Source: Neovahlkampfia damariscottae (lineage: Eukaryota). Taken from it: a DNA stretch of 64,000 bases. Positions 12,428 to 24,354 of the stretch are shown piece after piece (positions within the stretch are counted from its first letter, which is position 1; the number at the start of each line of letters is the position of its first letter). Made by a program: the position numbers and the translations under genes. The notes beneath the pieces were generated by a model. That model ran no database searches, had not been told where the DNA came from, and saw nothing but the letters and a program-made list of their open reading frames with translations. The DNA is taken from positions 248,001 through 312,000 of the forward strand of contig JABLTG010000002.1 of assembly GCA_016618085.1 (NCBI GenBank). Reading direction: 5' to 3'.

Positions 12428-13211
12428 TTATAAATCAATAATATCTTTTTTTTTGAACAATTTTGCTCTTGAACGATCATGACTTCTGTATCTAAAGTTA
12501 TCACCATAAATTTTAATTTTAAAGGTTTCCTTTTCACTTTTCAAAGGAAATTCAAAAATACAACCAGACTTTGGTAAAACTAAAAATTAAAAAAAAAAAA
12601 AAAAAAAAAAAACTTTTCACATGATTGTTTTTTTCCAATATTTTGAAAACATTTTGAGTTTCTTGAATCATTATACCTTCTATATCCACTAATGACGGAT
12701 TTTTTGATTTTATACATTTCATTAAGCTTCATTTTTAATTTAAATTTTTTTAATTTTCTTACCAACCATGAAAATCAGCTTTCAAGAGCATTTCTGAATC
12801 TGTTGAAAATAGATTTGTTGATTTTGATAATTCTAAGATATAATTATTCCAAAGAGTATTCAATGATTTCATTTTTTCAAAATCCATTTTTTTTGGAAGT
12901 TTAAAAATATTTTTTTCTTTTCTTTCTTTACAAGACATTGCTTTCTTCTTTTTCTTCAAAGGTTGAATTGATTTTTCTTTCATTTTATTTTTTTTTGTTA
13001 CTTTTTGTGCATCATTTTGTGTAAATTTTACAGTTCCAATGTCTGTTTGAACTGATTTTAGAGCAAGTTGTGGTGAGGCTTGGAAAATTTCATTTTTTTT
13101 TATTTGAAGTAATTTTTGGATTTTATTTCTTCTTCTTGGTTCTATTAAATTAATTTGTTGTTGTGAAAGATTTGCTCTCATAATATCATCAATAAAAGTA
13201 CCTTCACTCAT
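12428..13211 (-). CDS. POP4: RNase P/MRP subunit Rpp29/POP4
   Basis: LNTLWNNYI...LLKADFHG...EGIMIQETQNVF...PKSGCIFEF...IYGDNFRYRSHDRS after two introns. Confidence 0.85.
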
Positions 13212-13282
13212 TGCTACCTTTTCAACTAAATAACGTTTTTAGTTTTTTTTTCAACCAATGAACAAGTCAAAAAATAAAAAGT

Positions 13283-14483
13283 TTATTGAAATCTGTCCAA
13301 TTTTGTTTTACGTTCATAATATGTATTTCTTTCTTTTAGAAAATCATTAAGGAAAGTTTCTGCATCCAATTTTCCAGAAAGAAAATCAGAAGACATTTGA
13401 TGTGCTTTTTCATCATTTTCATCCAATTTTTCTTGCAATGCATTCTTTAAAAATGGAGCAGAATAAACCTAAAATAAAAGTTAAAATACATTTTTTTGTA
13501 CTGATTTTTTGTCATTTTGAAGTTTTTGTTTTTCTTCAAATATTCTTTTTGCTTGAGCAACTTGTGATTGATATTGTTTCACTTCTTCTCTTAAAGTTAC
13601 AAATTCTTCTTCTCTTGCCAGGTGTTTTGCTTTTTTAAAAAGTTAAAAAACTTTTTTTTAAGACTTACAAGCAATATCATCATTTTCAGATTTTATACTT
13701 TCTGAAATAGAATCAATTTGTTTAATAACATCAAGTTTTTTCAAAAAGTATTTGAAATCTGAATCTGATTGTAAGAGTTTTTTTTGTTCATTTTCAGGTA
13801 AACTTTGAATTTGTGAATAAACTTGTGGAACTGAAAGCACACGAACTTGATTTGATTTATGTAAATTTGATGATGAATTTTTGAAACTGCTATTATTTCC
13901 AAAGCTACCTTGAGATGAAGAACCAAAACTTTGATTTGGTGAAGTTTGGAAACTATAATTGTTTTGACCACCAAAACTACCTTGACCTTTATTAAAACTT
14001 CCACCATAATTGATAGGAGTGTTTTCAAGAGTTTTTTGACTTGGAGGTTCGTTAATGAATAGTTGAAAAATTTCTGACAAAATTAAAGCTTGAAATGAAG
14101 TTAAAATATTGTAAAAAAAGTTACCTAAATTTGAGTGAACACCCCATTTTAATAGTTTATAGTGTTGTACAACTTGGTTTGGTCCGAGGTTTTGATGAGT
14201 ACCTTGTGGAGCTAAAAGGTAAACCGCAGGTGGTTGTTGTGGAAAAGAGAATGGTAATTGAACTCTAAAAACACTTTGTACATTATTCTTCAATAGAATA
14301 GGAATATCCATGACGTCGTTTGTTACCTTTTTTATTTTAGTTTTTTTAAAAAACTGTGTACCATTTTACAATTCTTGAACTGTTTTAAAACAGAGTTGAT
14401 TTGAAGGTTTTTACTAAGCGTATTAGATTAAGTTTTATTTCTTACAGTTTTTGTGCGTCTTGGTTTTGTTGAAAGTAAGACAT
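13283..14483 (-). CDS. VPS37: ESCRT-I VPS37A-like protein (UEV-like N-terminus, Mod(r) C-terminus)
   Basis: VQLPFSFPQQPPAVY UEV-like motif; C-terminal FLSGKLDAETFLNDFLKERNTYYERKTK. Confidence 0.75.
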
Positions 14484-14660
14484 TTTGGTTGGACTTGAAG
14501 TTCTAAAAATAATTTATAGTTGATTGGTTTAAAAATAAACTTGACAGAAATGATTTCAAAATATATAAATTAAAAAATTTGAAATATATATCATCGTTCT
14601 TCAAATCGGAAAAATTTTAACCAATCATTATTTTACTCTTCACTGGTTCAACAGTTGAAG

Positions 14661-17600
14661 ATGGCAAAACTAAAAAGAATAATAATTCTGCCCATACTGC
14701 TACTTATATTACTTTTTACAAACGTGATATCACAATGGTCTTGTCCAACCCAAATGAAAAGAGAAAAAACAACTTTAACTTTTGAAGGACAAAATTTTTG
14801 CGGAATTTGTGGTGGAGAATTTGCTTGTTCTGATTCACAATTTTGGAATGATGGTCTAAAAAAATTCCAATCACCTGTTTCATCAAATTATAAAGTTTGG
14901 AGTTCTTTTGGACAGATTTTTTTTCAACATGATGATTGTAGTGCAACCAGCAATTTAACGGTCACTTTAAACGGTTCAAAAAATTTATTATTTTAATATT
15001 TTTAGACTATGTAGTTGGAAATAACTACAATATTACTGCTGGTTGTGAATGTGGAAGTTGTTCAGTTTTAGATTTTGGAGACCCAACTGGAAATTTCGAA
15101 TTTTCTTCCGTTTTCAATGAAACAAATACCTTAAAGATAACACCGAGTTTTAAAGATAACAAAGGTTCAATTTGTGTAAATAGAGTTGATTTGTACTTTT
15201 GTTCACTTCCAGGTTCTTGTTTTTTTTATTAATTTGTTATTGTAGAAAATTTTAATGTTTCTGACGTTGATTTCATTAAAGGAGAACCATTTTTGATAAA
15301 TTCATCAATATCAAATATTTTGGATATTAATGTTTTGAATCATGGACCAGATGAAGTTGAGAGTTTCAAATTCACTCAAGAATTTCCGGAACAATTGAAA
15401 GTAGTTTCAGTTTCAATTGAATTTTTAAATGTAACGAAAAATTTCACAAATGCTTGTATTTATGACAGCCCAGCAACAAACATGACAAATTGTACTTCAA
15501 GTTCGAATTCAACTCATTGTGTGAATGGAACTTTGGTGAATTGCACAATAAATCCAAATTCAACATTTTGTAAAAACGAAACTGAAGGTATTGCTGAGTA
15601 TTTGGAATTGAAGTTACCAATAAACTGCACAGAGACTCCTACTTTATGTGATATTATAATTTGCATAAATTCAACACATTTGAATGAAACACACTTATGT
15701 CCAAAAACCACTAATAATTGCACAACATGTTTGAATCAAACAATGCTGAACTGTACTTTAGATTCAAATTCAACTTTATGTAATAATCAAAGCACTGTGA
15801 ATTGCACATTGACTCCTCACTTATGTAATGGAAAAATTTCGAACACAACTATAACAAATTGCACTGCTGGCTCCAATGCAACCAATTGTATTAATGGAAC
15901 GATGGTAAATTGCACAATGAATCCAAATTCAACATTTTGCAAAAACCAAACAGCACTGAATTGCACAATAGATTCAAATTCAACACTTTGTATGAATCAA
16001 ACATTAAATTGTACATTGACGCCTCATTTGTGTAATAACACATTAAATTCTACAGTTAATAACAACACCATAGTCTGTATGAACTCAACTCACTTGAATG
16101 AGACTCATTTATGCCCAAATTCAACAGTGAATAATACAATATCTTGTATAGATTATAGACCAAAAATTAATTGTCAGATAAATGATCACTCAGTTTCTTG
16201 TGAAGTACATAAAGCTTCTTGGACAAAGTAAACCAATTTTTTTTAATTTCTTTTAGAGATGCGATTTTGAGGATACAAACTTCTGTAGTCAATCCTATTC
16301 AGGTTAGAGGAACATTTCGTCTGAAAACTGGTTTAAATATTACATCTGGGAATATTTTAAATCCTGATAATGCTATTGCATATCAAAGAATCATTTTTTT
16401 CTCACGTTAGATTTTTTATTTCATTTTGACTTTTCTAAAGCTCAAAAATATGAACTACAGGAGAATCAAAAAATTATTGGATATCAATTCGGAGATGTTT
16501 CGGATTTAGTTACAATTTCATTTGTAGGAGTGGAATCATCTTCTGTTATTGTTATCAAATTATATTTAATTGAACCTATTCCAGTGATTGTTCAATTCAT
16601 TTTCAGTAGTGGAGCAACTCAAACTACAGAATCAAAAGTTGAAGAGTAAGATAAACAAAAATTAAATCAAAAAAGTTTTGTAAAGGAATTATATGATGGT
16701 AGTTATACGGTTACTCTTTCCATAAATCCAGATTTAGTTGCTTCAAATTCATTCGTCAATATTATTGTCAAGACAAAAATTACAGTTTCTTCAGAATTAA
16801 TTCAATTTACGATTCAATATTACAAAAGACGTTAGATATTTATAATTACTTATATTTTTTACAGCTTTGAATTTAGTCACCTTGGGAAATTCTTTGAAAG
16901 CTGTGGAGATGAAAGCATTTGATTGGTCTTTTTTTAAAGTGACATTTTCATCAGATACAGCTGTTTTGTCAATAACGTTGGAAGGAGCAAGTGGAGAAAC
17001 GTTAGATGTTTTTTTGAGTCCAACATTTCAGTACACTTGGTCTAAATCAACTTCATCCAAAGTAGAATTCAATGTATGAATTTTCATCAATTTAATCATT
17101 ATTTTAAGGATAATTGGACATTTAAAGACTCAAACAGAGAATTTTTCACCTACTATCTTGCAGTTTATGGTATTAAATGTCCCTTGAAATGTAAATTCAG
17201 TTACAAAGCATTCTTGACAGGTAAGATAAATATACATCATAAATAACACCTTAAGATGATACAACCATATCAGTTTTGACAAATGTTACCTATTTTTTTG
17301 TTCGAAATGATACTTTATCAACAAATTTACATTACATTTCCAAACTTGATTTTAGCAATTTGGAGATTGATCAATCAATTAAGATTCCTAGATTTTTCAA
17401 AATTGGTTTGAATTTTTTGAGTGGTACCATTCAAACACCTAAAACTATTGGTTATCTGAAAGGAGGAGATTTTCCTGTCATGAACTCATATGACATCAAA
17501 TTTGTAAGTGAAATATTCAAATAACATCCAAATAGGAAGAAGATTGTTTTTCTGCTGCCACTATTATAGTTCCATTTGAAGATATTTTAATTCAAAAAGT

Positions 17601-19377
17601 TTGGTATTTTGGTTACATTTTTTGTTGCTCAGGTACACTGACAACAATTACATTATCTATATATGAACCAAAAATTTTTAATCCAAAGAGAAAGAACTTG
17701 ATAGAAATTGATTCAACATTTGATAATATTTTTGGAATTGATTTTGCCACGAAATTCAAAGAGAATGGTTTGTTTGCATCTCAATTTTCAATTGGAAATG
17801 TTTCAATTAATTCAACTTTTTTTGCAAAATTCGATTCAACACCATCAGATACTTCCTATGATTTTAAGTTTCAAATTTTATTTCCACAATATGAATATGT
17901 TAATATTACTAATACAATGACAAATGAAACTGAATTAGTTCGACAAGTCATTCCATTTGGTGCTGAAAACTATTTTAGACTCCAATTATTGGTTGAATCG
18001 GATAAGACTCGTTTCAGGATATGTGATGGTCATGGAAGCAAGGGTGGATTTCAAGTTATTTCAAATCAAAATTTGTTGATCAATTCAACACTGAAAAAGT
18101 TATTTTTTAAAGTTCAAACCAAAGATGGATATAACTGTCCAAAAGATACTAACTACAGATTGAAAAATATTGAATCTGATTTCTTTCGTATTTTTTATTC
18201 AAATTTAATTCTTTTTTCAAGAACCACATGAATTGAAACTTGGTCAACGTTATGAAGGCGAAATCAATCCAGGAATTGAGCAATATTCTCCGATTTATTT
18301 CAAGTTACCATTAACTGATTTAAAAATCACAGAAGAATCAAATACAATTGGGATTGAAGTTGTATTCTTTAATTTACCTTTTAATTCATCTTTACTTCTG
18401 AATAAAACACAAATGTACGCAAAACTTGATGAATACCCATTTGGAAATTCAAGTGATTTTCAGTTTTCAAATAAAATATTGGAGTATCAATTCAATGGAC
18501 AAAAATTGTTTAAAATGACATATTTTCTTCAATTGGATTTACCAATAAACTCAACAATGCTGAAAGCACTTTTTTTGATGTTGGACAACAATAGAGAATC
18601 AAATAAATTCGAGATTGCAATATTCACAAGTAAGAAGAAAATAGATTTTTTAAAACTCTTTCAGTGGAACAAAACTCAAGAATTTCATCCTCCACGACAT
18701 CAATATTACCTGGAACATATTCTTCTGTCATGTTGATGACCGGTCTTGGGTTGATTGTAATTTTTTTGATGGTGATTGGATTGGGATTCAAATTATATGA
18801 AAAACATACAAAAAGGAGATTAATCAATTTTAATCTGTTGAAATCAAATGATCCTTTTTGTTTTGTATTCTATGTATGGTTTAAAATATTTGGAAATATT
18901 AGTAGAAAAGCAAAACAAATTCAACTGTGTCTTGTTGGATTGTTTTTCGTTTTCATTGGAGTTTTAATAGTTGTTACATTTGCAATTATCACAATCAATT
19001 CATTCACATCATTCAATTGTTGTAGTCAGATAAATGATCATGGATACAAAACTCAAACTGTTGTTTTATCTTTGAATTTACCTAGTGCTTGTTTTTCTGA
19101 TAGTCAATATGAAATACCAAGCATATCAAAACCATCAAGTGAATTAACAAATTATGGAAAATATAGTGCGATTTTATTTTGTTTCAGAGGAGATCATTAT
19201 AGATTATATGTAAGAGGAAATGATATTTTTGGTGTTATTGGAGCAACTGTAGGAGGATTTGCCTTGATTCTTGGATTTACAATTTTTGCAACTCTTTTGA
19301 TAGAAATATTCTTAGGAACTTGGTTTTGTGAACTAAAATTATTTCCAAAATTCCTTTCAGTATTCAAAGAAGATTAA
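14661..19377 (+). CDS. large multi-exon cell-surface glycoprotein with a Cys/Asn/Thr repeat region and C-terminal TM helices
   Basis: Signal peptide, many NxT/S sequons, a DUF11-like motif (VLNHGPDEV...FPEQLKVVS) and three C-terminal hydrophobic segments. ORF pieces are joined by GT-AG introns. Confidence 0.7.
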
Positions 19378-19551
19378 ATTGATTTACTTGGAAAAATAGA
19401 ATGAATCGGAAGTTGTCACAGTTTCTTTTAATCATGGAATTAATAAATATTTCAAAGATTGAAATTAACTTATTTCAAGAGGAAAAAATCATTATTTTAT
19501 TCTAAACTTGACCTTTAAAGAACTTGAGTTTTTAGTGAATTTTTTCATCCA

Positions 19552-21304
19552 ATGAATGAACACTTCTTCAATGAAAAATTGTTGTTAGAAGAAATTTGCA
19601 GACTTTCAAACTTTCTGCCTTCAAAATTCAAATCAAAAGAAGAAAAAGAAGTGATACTCCAACAGTTTGAAACTCTATGGTCTTTCCATGCAAATATTTT
19701 CTTGAAATTAAAAACATTTTCCAAGTAGAATTTTTCAAACTAAACATTAGTCATCAAAAATCCATGGAACATTTAACATATTTATACTGTTTTGAAAAGA
19801 TAACAGTCGAAAATAGTTCAAATCTAACAGAAGGATGTTCAAGAAAAGATGTCAATTTTAAGTTCATAGAAAAGAAGACGAATTATATTCCAATTCGGTT
19901 ATTTTTAGATATATCATTAGAATTTACATTAATCCCATACGAAATTGGATTGCTTTTAAATTTAAAAAGACTTCCAGGTAAATTTTTTTTTTTCATCACT
20001 CTTTGTAGACGACAAAATACATAAAATCAATACCAGATTTGGAAAATATTTAGGTATTTATAAAACTATAGAGTTTATTGAAACCACTGATTTGAATCGT
20101 TGGTAATATGCTTTGATAAAGATTTAACAATTTTTTAAGTTTAAGAAGATACACCAAAATACCTTTTTTATGGATCATGCCATTTGGCAATGATAATACT
20201 TTGGATTTTCCATTGTTGGGAAAAAGAGGATTTTATCCTGCCAATTTAGTTCAGATTGGTGGAAACACAAAAATGAAAATACTACATCCATTATATTTTA
20301 ATCTTTTACCGCTTCATAATCCAAATATTTCAGTGAAAATATATCAAAACGGTACCTTGATTTTAGAAGGAAATTTAATAATTGACACTTTTCAATCAAA
20401 CTCGTTGTTAATTCCATCAATGAAAAAACACATTCAAAATTTTTCTTTTTCCTTTGAGAAAGAGGAAAATGGTTATTTTATCGAATATAATGAAAAAATT
20501 GATGATAATGAAGTAATTGGAATTTTAGGATGGGATTTTCTTGATAAGAATTCTGTGATTTTTAATCAAGGACATTTACTTCAGAAAGATAATATGAGAA
20601 ATGCACCTTTCAAAACAGTTCCAAAAGAAATATCACTACAACATAGAATTTCAGAAGAAATTTTTCCTAATTATCCAGACTCAATACTAAATGATTTTTA
20701 TTTCCACACAAAAACTTATTTCAATATGAACGACAGCCAAACAAAAGTAGAGATTTTTCAAAATAAAGTTGAAGAACAAATATTTTGCGAAATCAAAAAA
20801 TCGGACATTAGTATAGCACTACTAAATGAATCACAACTCTCAAATTTGAATTGTGATGAAAATCAACAGAATTGCTTGGATATCAAAATTTCAAATTTTA
20901 TGTTAAAAAATTTGGAATTCAAAGTGATAAAGACGAGATTTCCGTATTTATTGATTTCAAATACAGAATTTACAAAACACCTAATGAAAGAGTACTCAAA
21001 ATTTCCACATTTAAGGATTTTAGCTAATTCCAAAGATGTGTTTAAATTTCCGTTTAATGTTAAAATTGGATTTATGGTGAAAAGTGATGAAATATTCATT
21101 CCATTTGACATTGATAAGGTACAAATTGAAATATCACCATTAATTTTCAATATTTTAAATTTCAAAGGAAAATCAACTTGTTACATTTCATCAAAACGAG
21201 TGAAATTTGTGAATGGAAACGAAAACCTTTTCAAATCAGTTCCATTCACAGTTTCAGAACAAAAAGACTCCTTTGTTATTCAAATTTCAAAGAGAAAATT
21301 ATAA
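19552..21304 (+). CDS. hypothetical protein with degenerate aspartyl-protease-like motifs; 5' structure uncertain
   Basis: The 375-aa last exon has LIIDTF...VIGILGWDFL (cf. DTG...GILGxDFL). The upstream exons need a frameshift near 19700. Confidence 0.4.
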
Positions 21305-21400
21305 ACAAAATTTTTGCTCAAATTGGAGATTTTTTTGGACCAATAAGCTTCAATTTTCTACTTTGGGACTGGTTGAACCGAAATTTTGATCAAGACAAAC

Positions 21401-22461
21401 ATGAGTGACAGAAAAGTAAAGGAAGCACAAGTACTTCCAATAACCGAAAAAAGTGAAAAGAAAGAATCTTCGATTTATTTACCAAAGAGAAAACTACTTT
21501 CAACAATATCACATGGAGACCTTTCACTCAGAGAATTTGATAACTTAAACTGTGATGGATCAACTATCATTGAAGGAATTCCAAAGTACTTTTAAAACAA
21601 TTTTTTTAACGTTCTCTGAAAAAAAGTCAATCTGAAAATTTGTCATTATCACTTATGATTGCTCATTTCATTGTTGAACAATTGGATTTACCATTAATTG
21701 GAGAATTATATAGTCCTTCTCTGGAACCAACTTGTGTTTGAAAATTCCTTTTTTATGACTTTTTTTAGGTTGTTGAAAATGGAGTTGTTTCACATTCTAT
21801 TAGAATTTATGGAAATCAACATGTTGTAGTATTTACATCAGAATATGAAATACCAAGTGAATTCCAAAATGATGCTGTTCAAGCTATTTTAGGATTCGCA
21901 CAAAGACATCGTTGTAAGATCATCTTAAGCGTAAGAGGACTTGAAACAGATCCAAATAAAAAAGAAAAGTATAGTCTTCAAATTAGAGATGAAGATGAAT
22001 TTCTTGAAGAAGGGATTGATGGAACACCAAAAACAAAAGAAGATTTGATAAAATTGATTGAAGAAACAAAAGAAAAAAGAGGAGATGAAAAATTATGGTT
22101 CTCAACCAATGACGAAATATTTGCTAAAAAATTGATTTCAATGGAACATAAACCACTTCAAGATGTTATTCTCACAGGTATTTCTGCTGGTCTTTTGGTT
22201 GAATCTTGTTATACTGATTTAGTTATTGCTTGTTTATTCAGTAAATTAAATGAACTACAAAAGTATATTTCAGTTGATGCTCGTGCAGCAATAGCTCTTG
22301 TGGTTTGTATCTCTGAATTATTGAGTGAATCAGGAGGTGCAATTATTGATGTCAAAGAAATGGATAAAGATATATCAAAATTGGAAGAAAGTATGATTAA
22401 AATTATCACAAAGTTAAACACATTAGGATCTTCACATATGGATTCACATCTTTATTTATAA
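21401..22461 (+). CDS. PAC2-family proteasome assembly chaperone-like protein
   Basis: TIIEGIP...HFIVEQLDLPLIGELYSP...IRIYG...ITGISAGLL-like...DARAA...SHLYL C-terminus; two introns. Confidence 0.7.
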
Positions 22462-22527
22462 TAAATTTTACAGTTATCACTTCACTTGTTTGTCCAATCA
22501 CAATTCATTCACAAACAGTCCTCAAAA

Positions 22528-23289
22528 ATGAAAAATTTACAAGTTCTTTCAAGGTTTCGAAAAATAATAAAACTTCACAAAAAAATTGATTCAATTGTAT
22601 TCAATCCAGAAAATGAAAAAATAAAAACAAAATTTAGAAATTTTTCGAATGATATACAACAAGCAGATACATACATTTCCAAATTAGAAATGTTAACTAA
22701 AAACTCACTACCAAACTCTACTGCTAAATATTGGGATAGTTATTACAAAAACAATGAAAATGATGATTTAGTTGAAGATTGGTATTGTGATTCATCAATT
22801 GTGAAAATATTTTTACCTGATGTTGAATTTCAAAGTGTTTTAGTTATTGGAAATGGTATTTCAAAATTACCACTAGATTTAGCTAAAGATGAAGCCTTTG
22901 AAAAATCAACAATTTTATCAACAGATATTAGTCAAAATTCTTGTGATAAAATGAATCAAATAAATGACAACAACAGTGTTCAGTTTATATGTGAAGATGT
23001 TTTGGACTTGTCTTTTAAAGAAAAATTTGATCTTGTTCTTGACAAAGGATTGGTTGATACGTTTTGGAAAAGTGAAAGTGAAATGAATATTTCAGATTTG
23101 AAAAAAGTAGAAATGAACATTTGGAAATGTTTGAAAGATGAAGGAGTTTGGGTGGTATTTTCAGTTTATGATTTGGCAGAAATTGAATTTTTGAATATAG
23201 AATCAAAAAATAGATGGAAGAGAATTGAAGATACAGAATTTGAAACTGATAATGAAATTACTATCAAAGTATACAGATTATTTAAATAG
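22528..23289 (+). CDS. class I SAM methyltransferase (METTL13/EEF1AKMT4-like)
   Basis: YWDSYY...EDWY...VLVIGNGISKL...FDLVLDKGLVD. Confidence 0.85.
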   Translation: MKNLQVLSRFRKIIKLHKKIDSIVFNPENEKIKTKFRNFSNDIQQADTYISKLEMLTKNSLPNSTAKYWDSYYKNNENDDLVEDWYCDSSIVKIFLPDVEFQSVLVIGNGISKLPLDLAKDEAFEKSTILSTDISQNSCDKMNQINDNNSVQFICEDVLDLSFKEKFDLVLDKGLVDTFWKSESEMNISDLKKVEMNIWKCLKDEGVWVVFSVYDLAEIEFLNIESKNRWKRIEDTEFETDNEITIKVYRLFK

Positions 23290-23390
23290 AATTTTTCATC
23301 TTTCAATTTCTGGAAGGATTTTTGAGCGTGATAAAAATTGCTGCGTTGAAATAAATGGAATGACAAATTTATGTTTCAAAGGATTGCATT

Positions 23391-23909
23391 TTGATAGTTT
23401 ATTTGATGATCTCAAAAATAATGTGGATTATTCTAAACCAATCAAACCAATTGTTTCCAACAAACCCAGAATATCAAGTGACACAATTAATTCTTTTTCT
23501 TTCAAAATTTAACAGAAAAAATAAAATACCACTTTCTGAATTTAACAAATTTGAAAAAGAAATTTATTTTAAAGATACTACAACTGAAGAGATTTCAAAA
23601 TTATTAAAAAACTTAATTGAAAAAACAAAATCAAAAAATTTTTTTGATTATCCAACAATTATCAAAAACAATATTAAAACTGCCAAAGAAGCCATTCCCA
23701 AAAGATATAAAACTTATTTTATAGATGAAAAATTGGAAAACTTCAAAAATGTAAAAATTACTGAAACCAAAATAAAAGGAATGACAGATGAAGAAATAAA
23801 AAAAGAAACAGCATTTTGGTCTTCATCAACAGAAGTATTTTTTCCAAAGTTTGAAAACGAAATTTTGAAAAAAGAAACAAAAAGAATACTACAGGATGGA
23901 TATTCATGA
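23391..23909 (+). CDS. orphan Lys-rich ORF without a clear start (possible gene remnant)
   Basis: Open frame with coding-like composition, but no convincing ATG or splice model. Confidence 0.3.
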   Translation: MIVYLMISKIMWIILNQSNQLFPTNPEYQVTQLILFLSKFNRKNKIPLSEFNKFEKEIYFKDTTTEEISKLLKNLIEKTKSKNFFDYPTIIKNNIKTAKEAIPKRYKTYFIDEKLENFKNVKITETKIKGMTDEEIKKETAFWSSSTEVFFPKFENEILKKETKRILQDGYS

Positions 23910-24354
23910 ATAACAAAGCTGAATTTTTTAATTACCAATCAAATTGGAGATAATTGTGCCGAAGGTCAATTGAAGGTGATATTCATCAACCTGATTTCAA
24001 GAATCTGAACAAACTGTCCTCAGTTGGTGTTCCTTCTTGTAAAATTTTTGAAGAAGAAAAGTTTAAAGGAAGTTCTCGATGATTAGATGGTTCAAATGAT
24101 AAACTGGTTGGAAAAATTTGAAAAAACATAAGATAATTTTCAAAAAAAACAACCAGATAAACACATCAATCAAACAAATTAGATTTTTTTCAAAAAGACC
24201 AATCAAGTTTAATTGGAAAAAATCAGAAGAATCTGAGTATTTGATTGACGGAAAATAAATTAAACATCTGTCAGTTCAACGTTCTCATTGGTTCTTAAAC
24301 TGATAAAAGCTACAACCAATTAAAAAGTATTCACTTAGTCAAATACAAAGAAAA

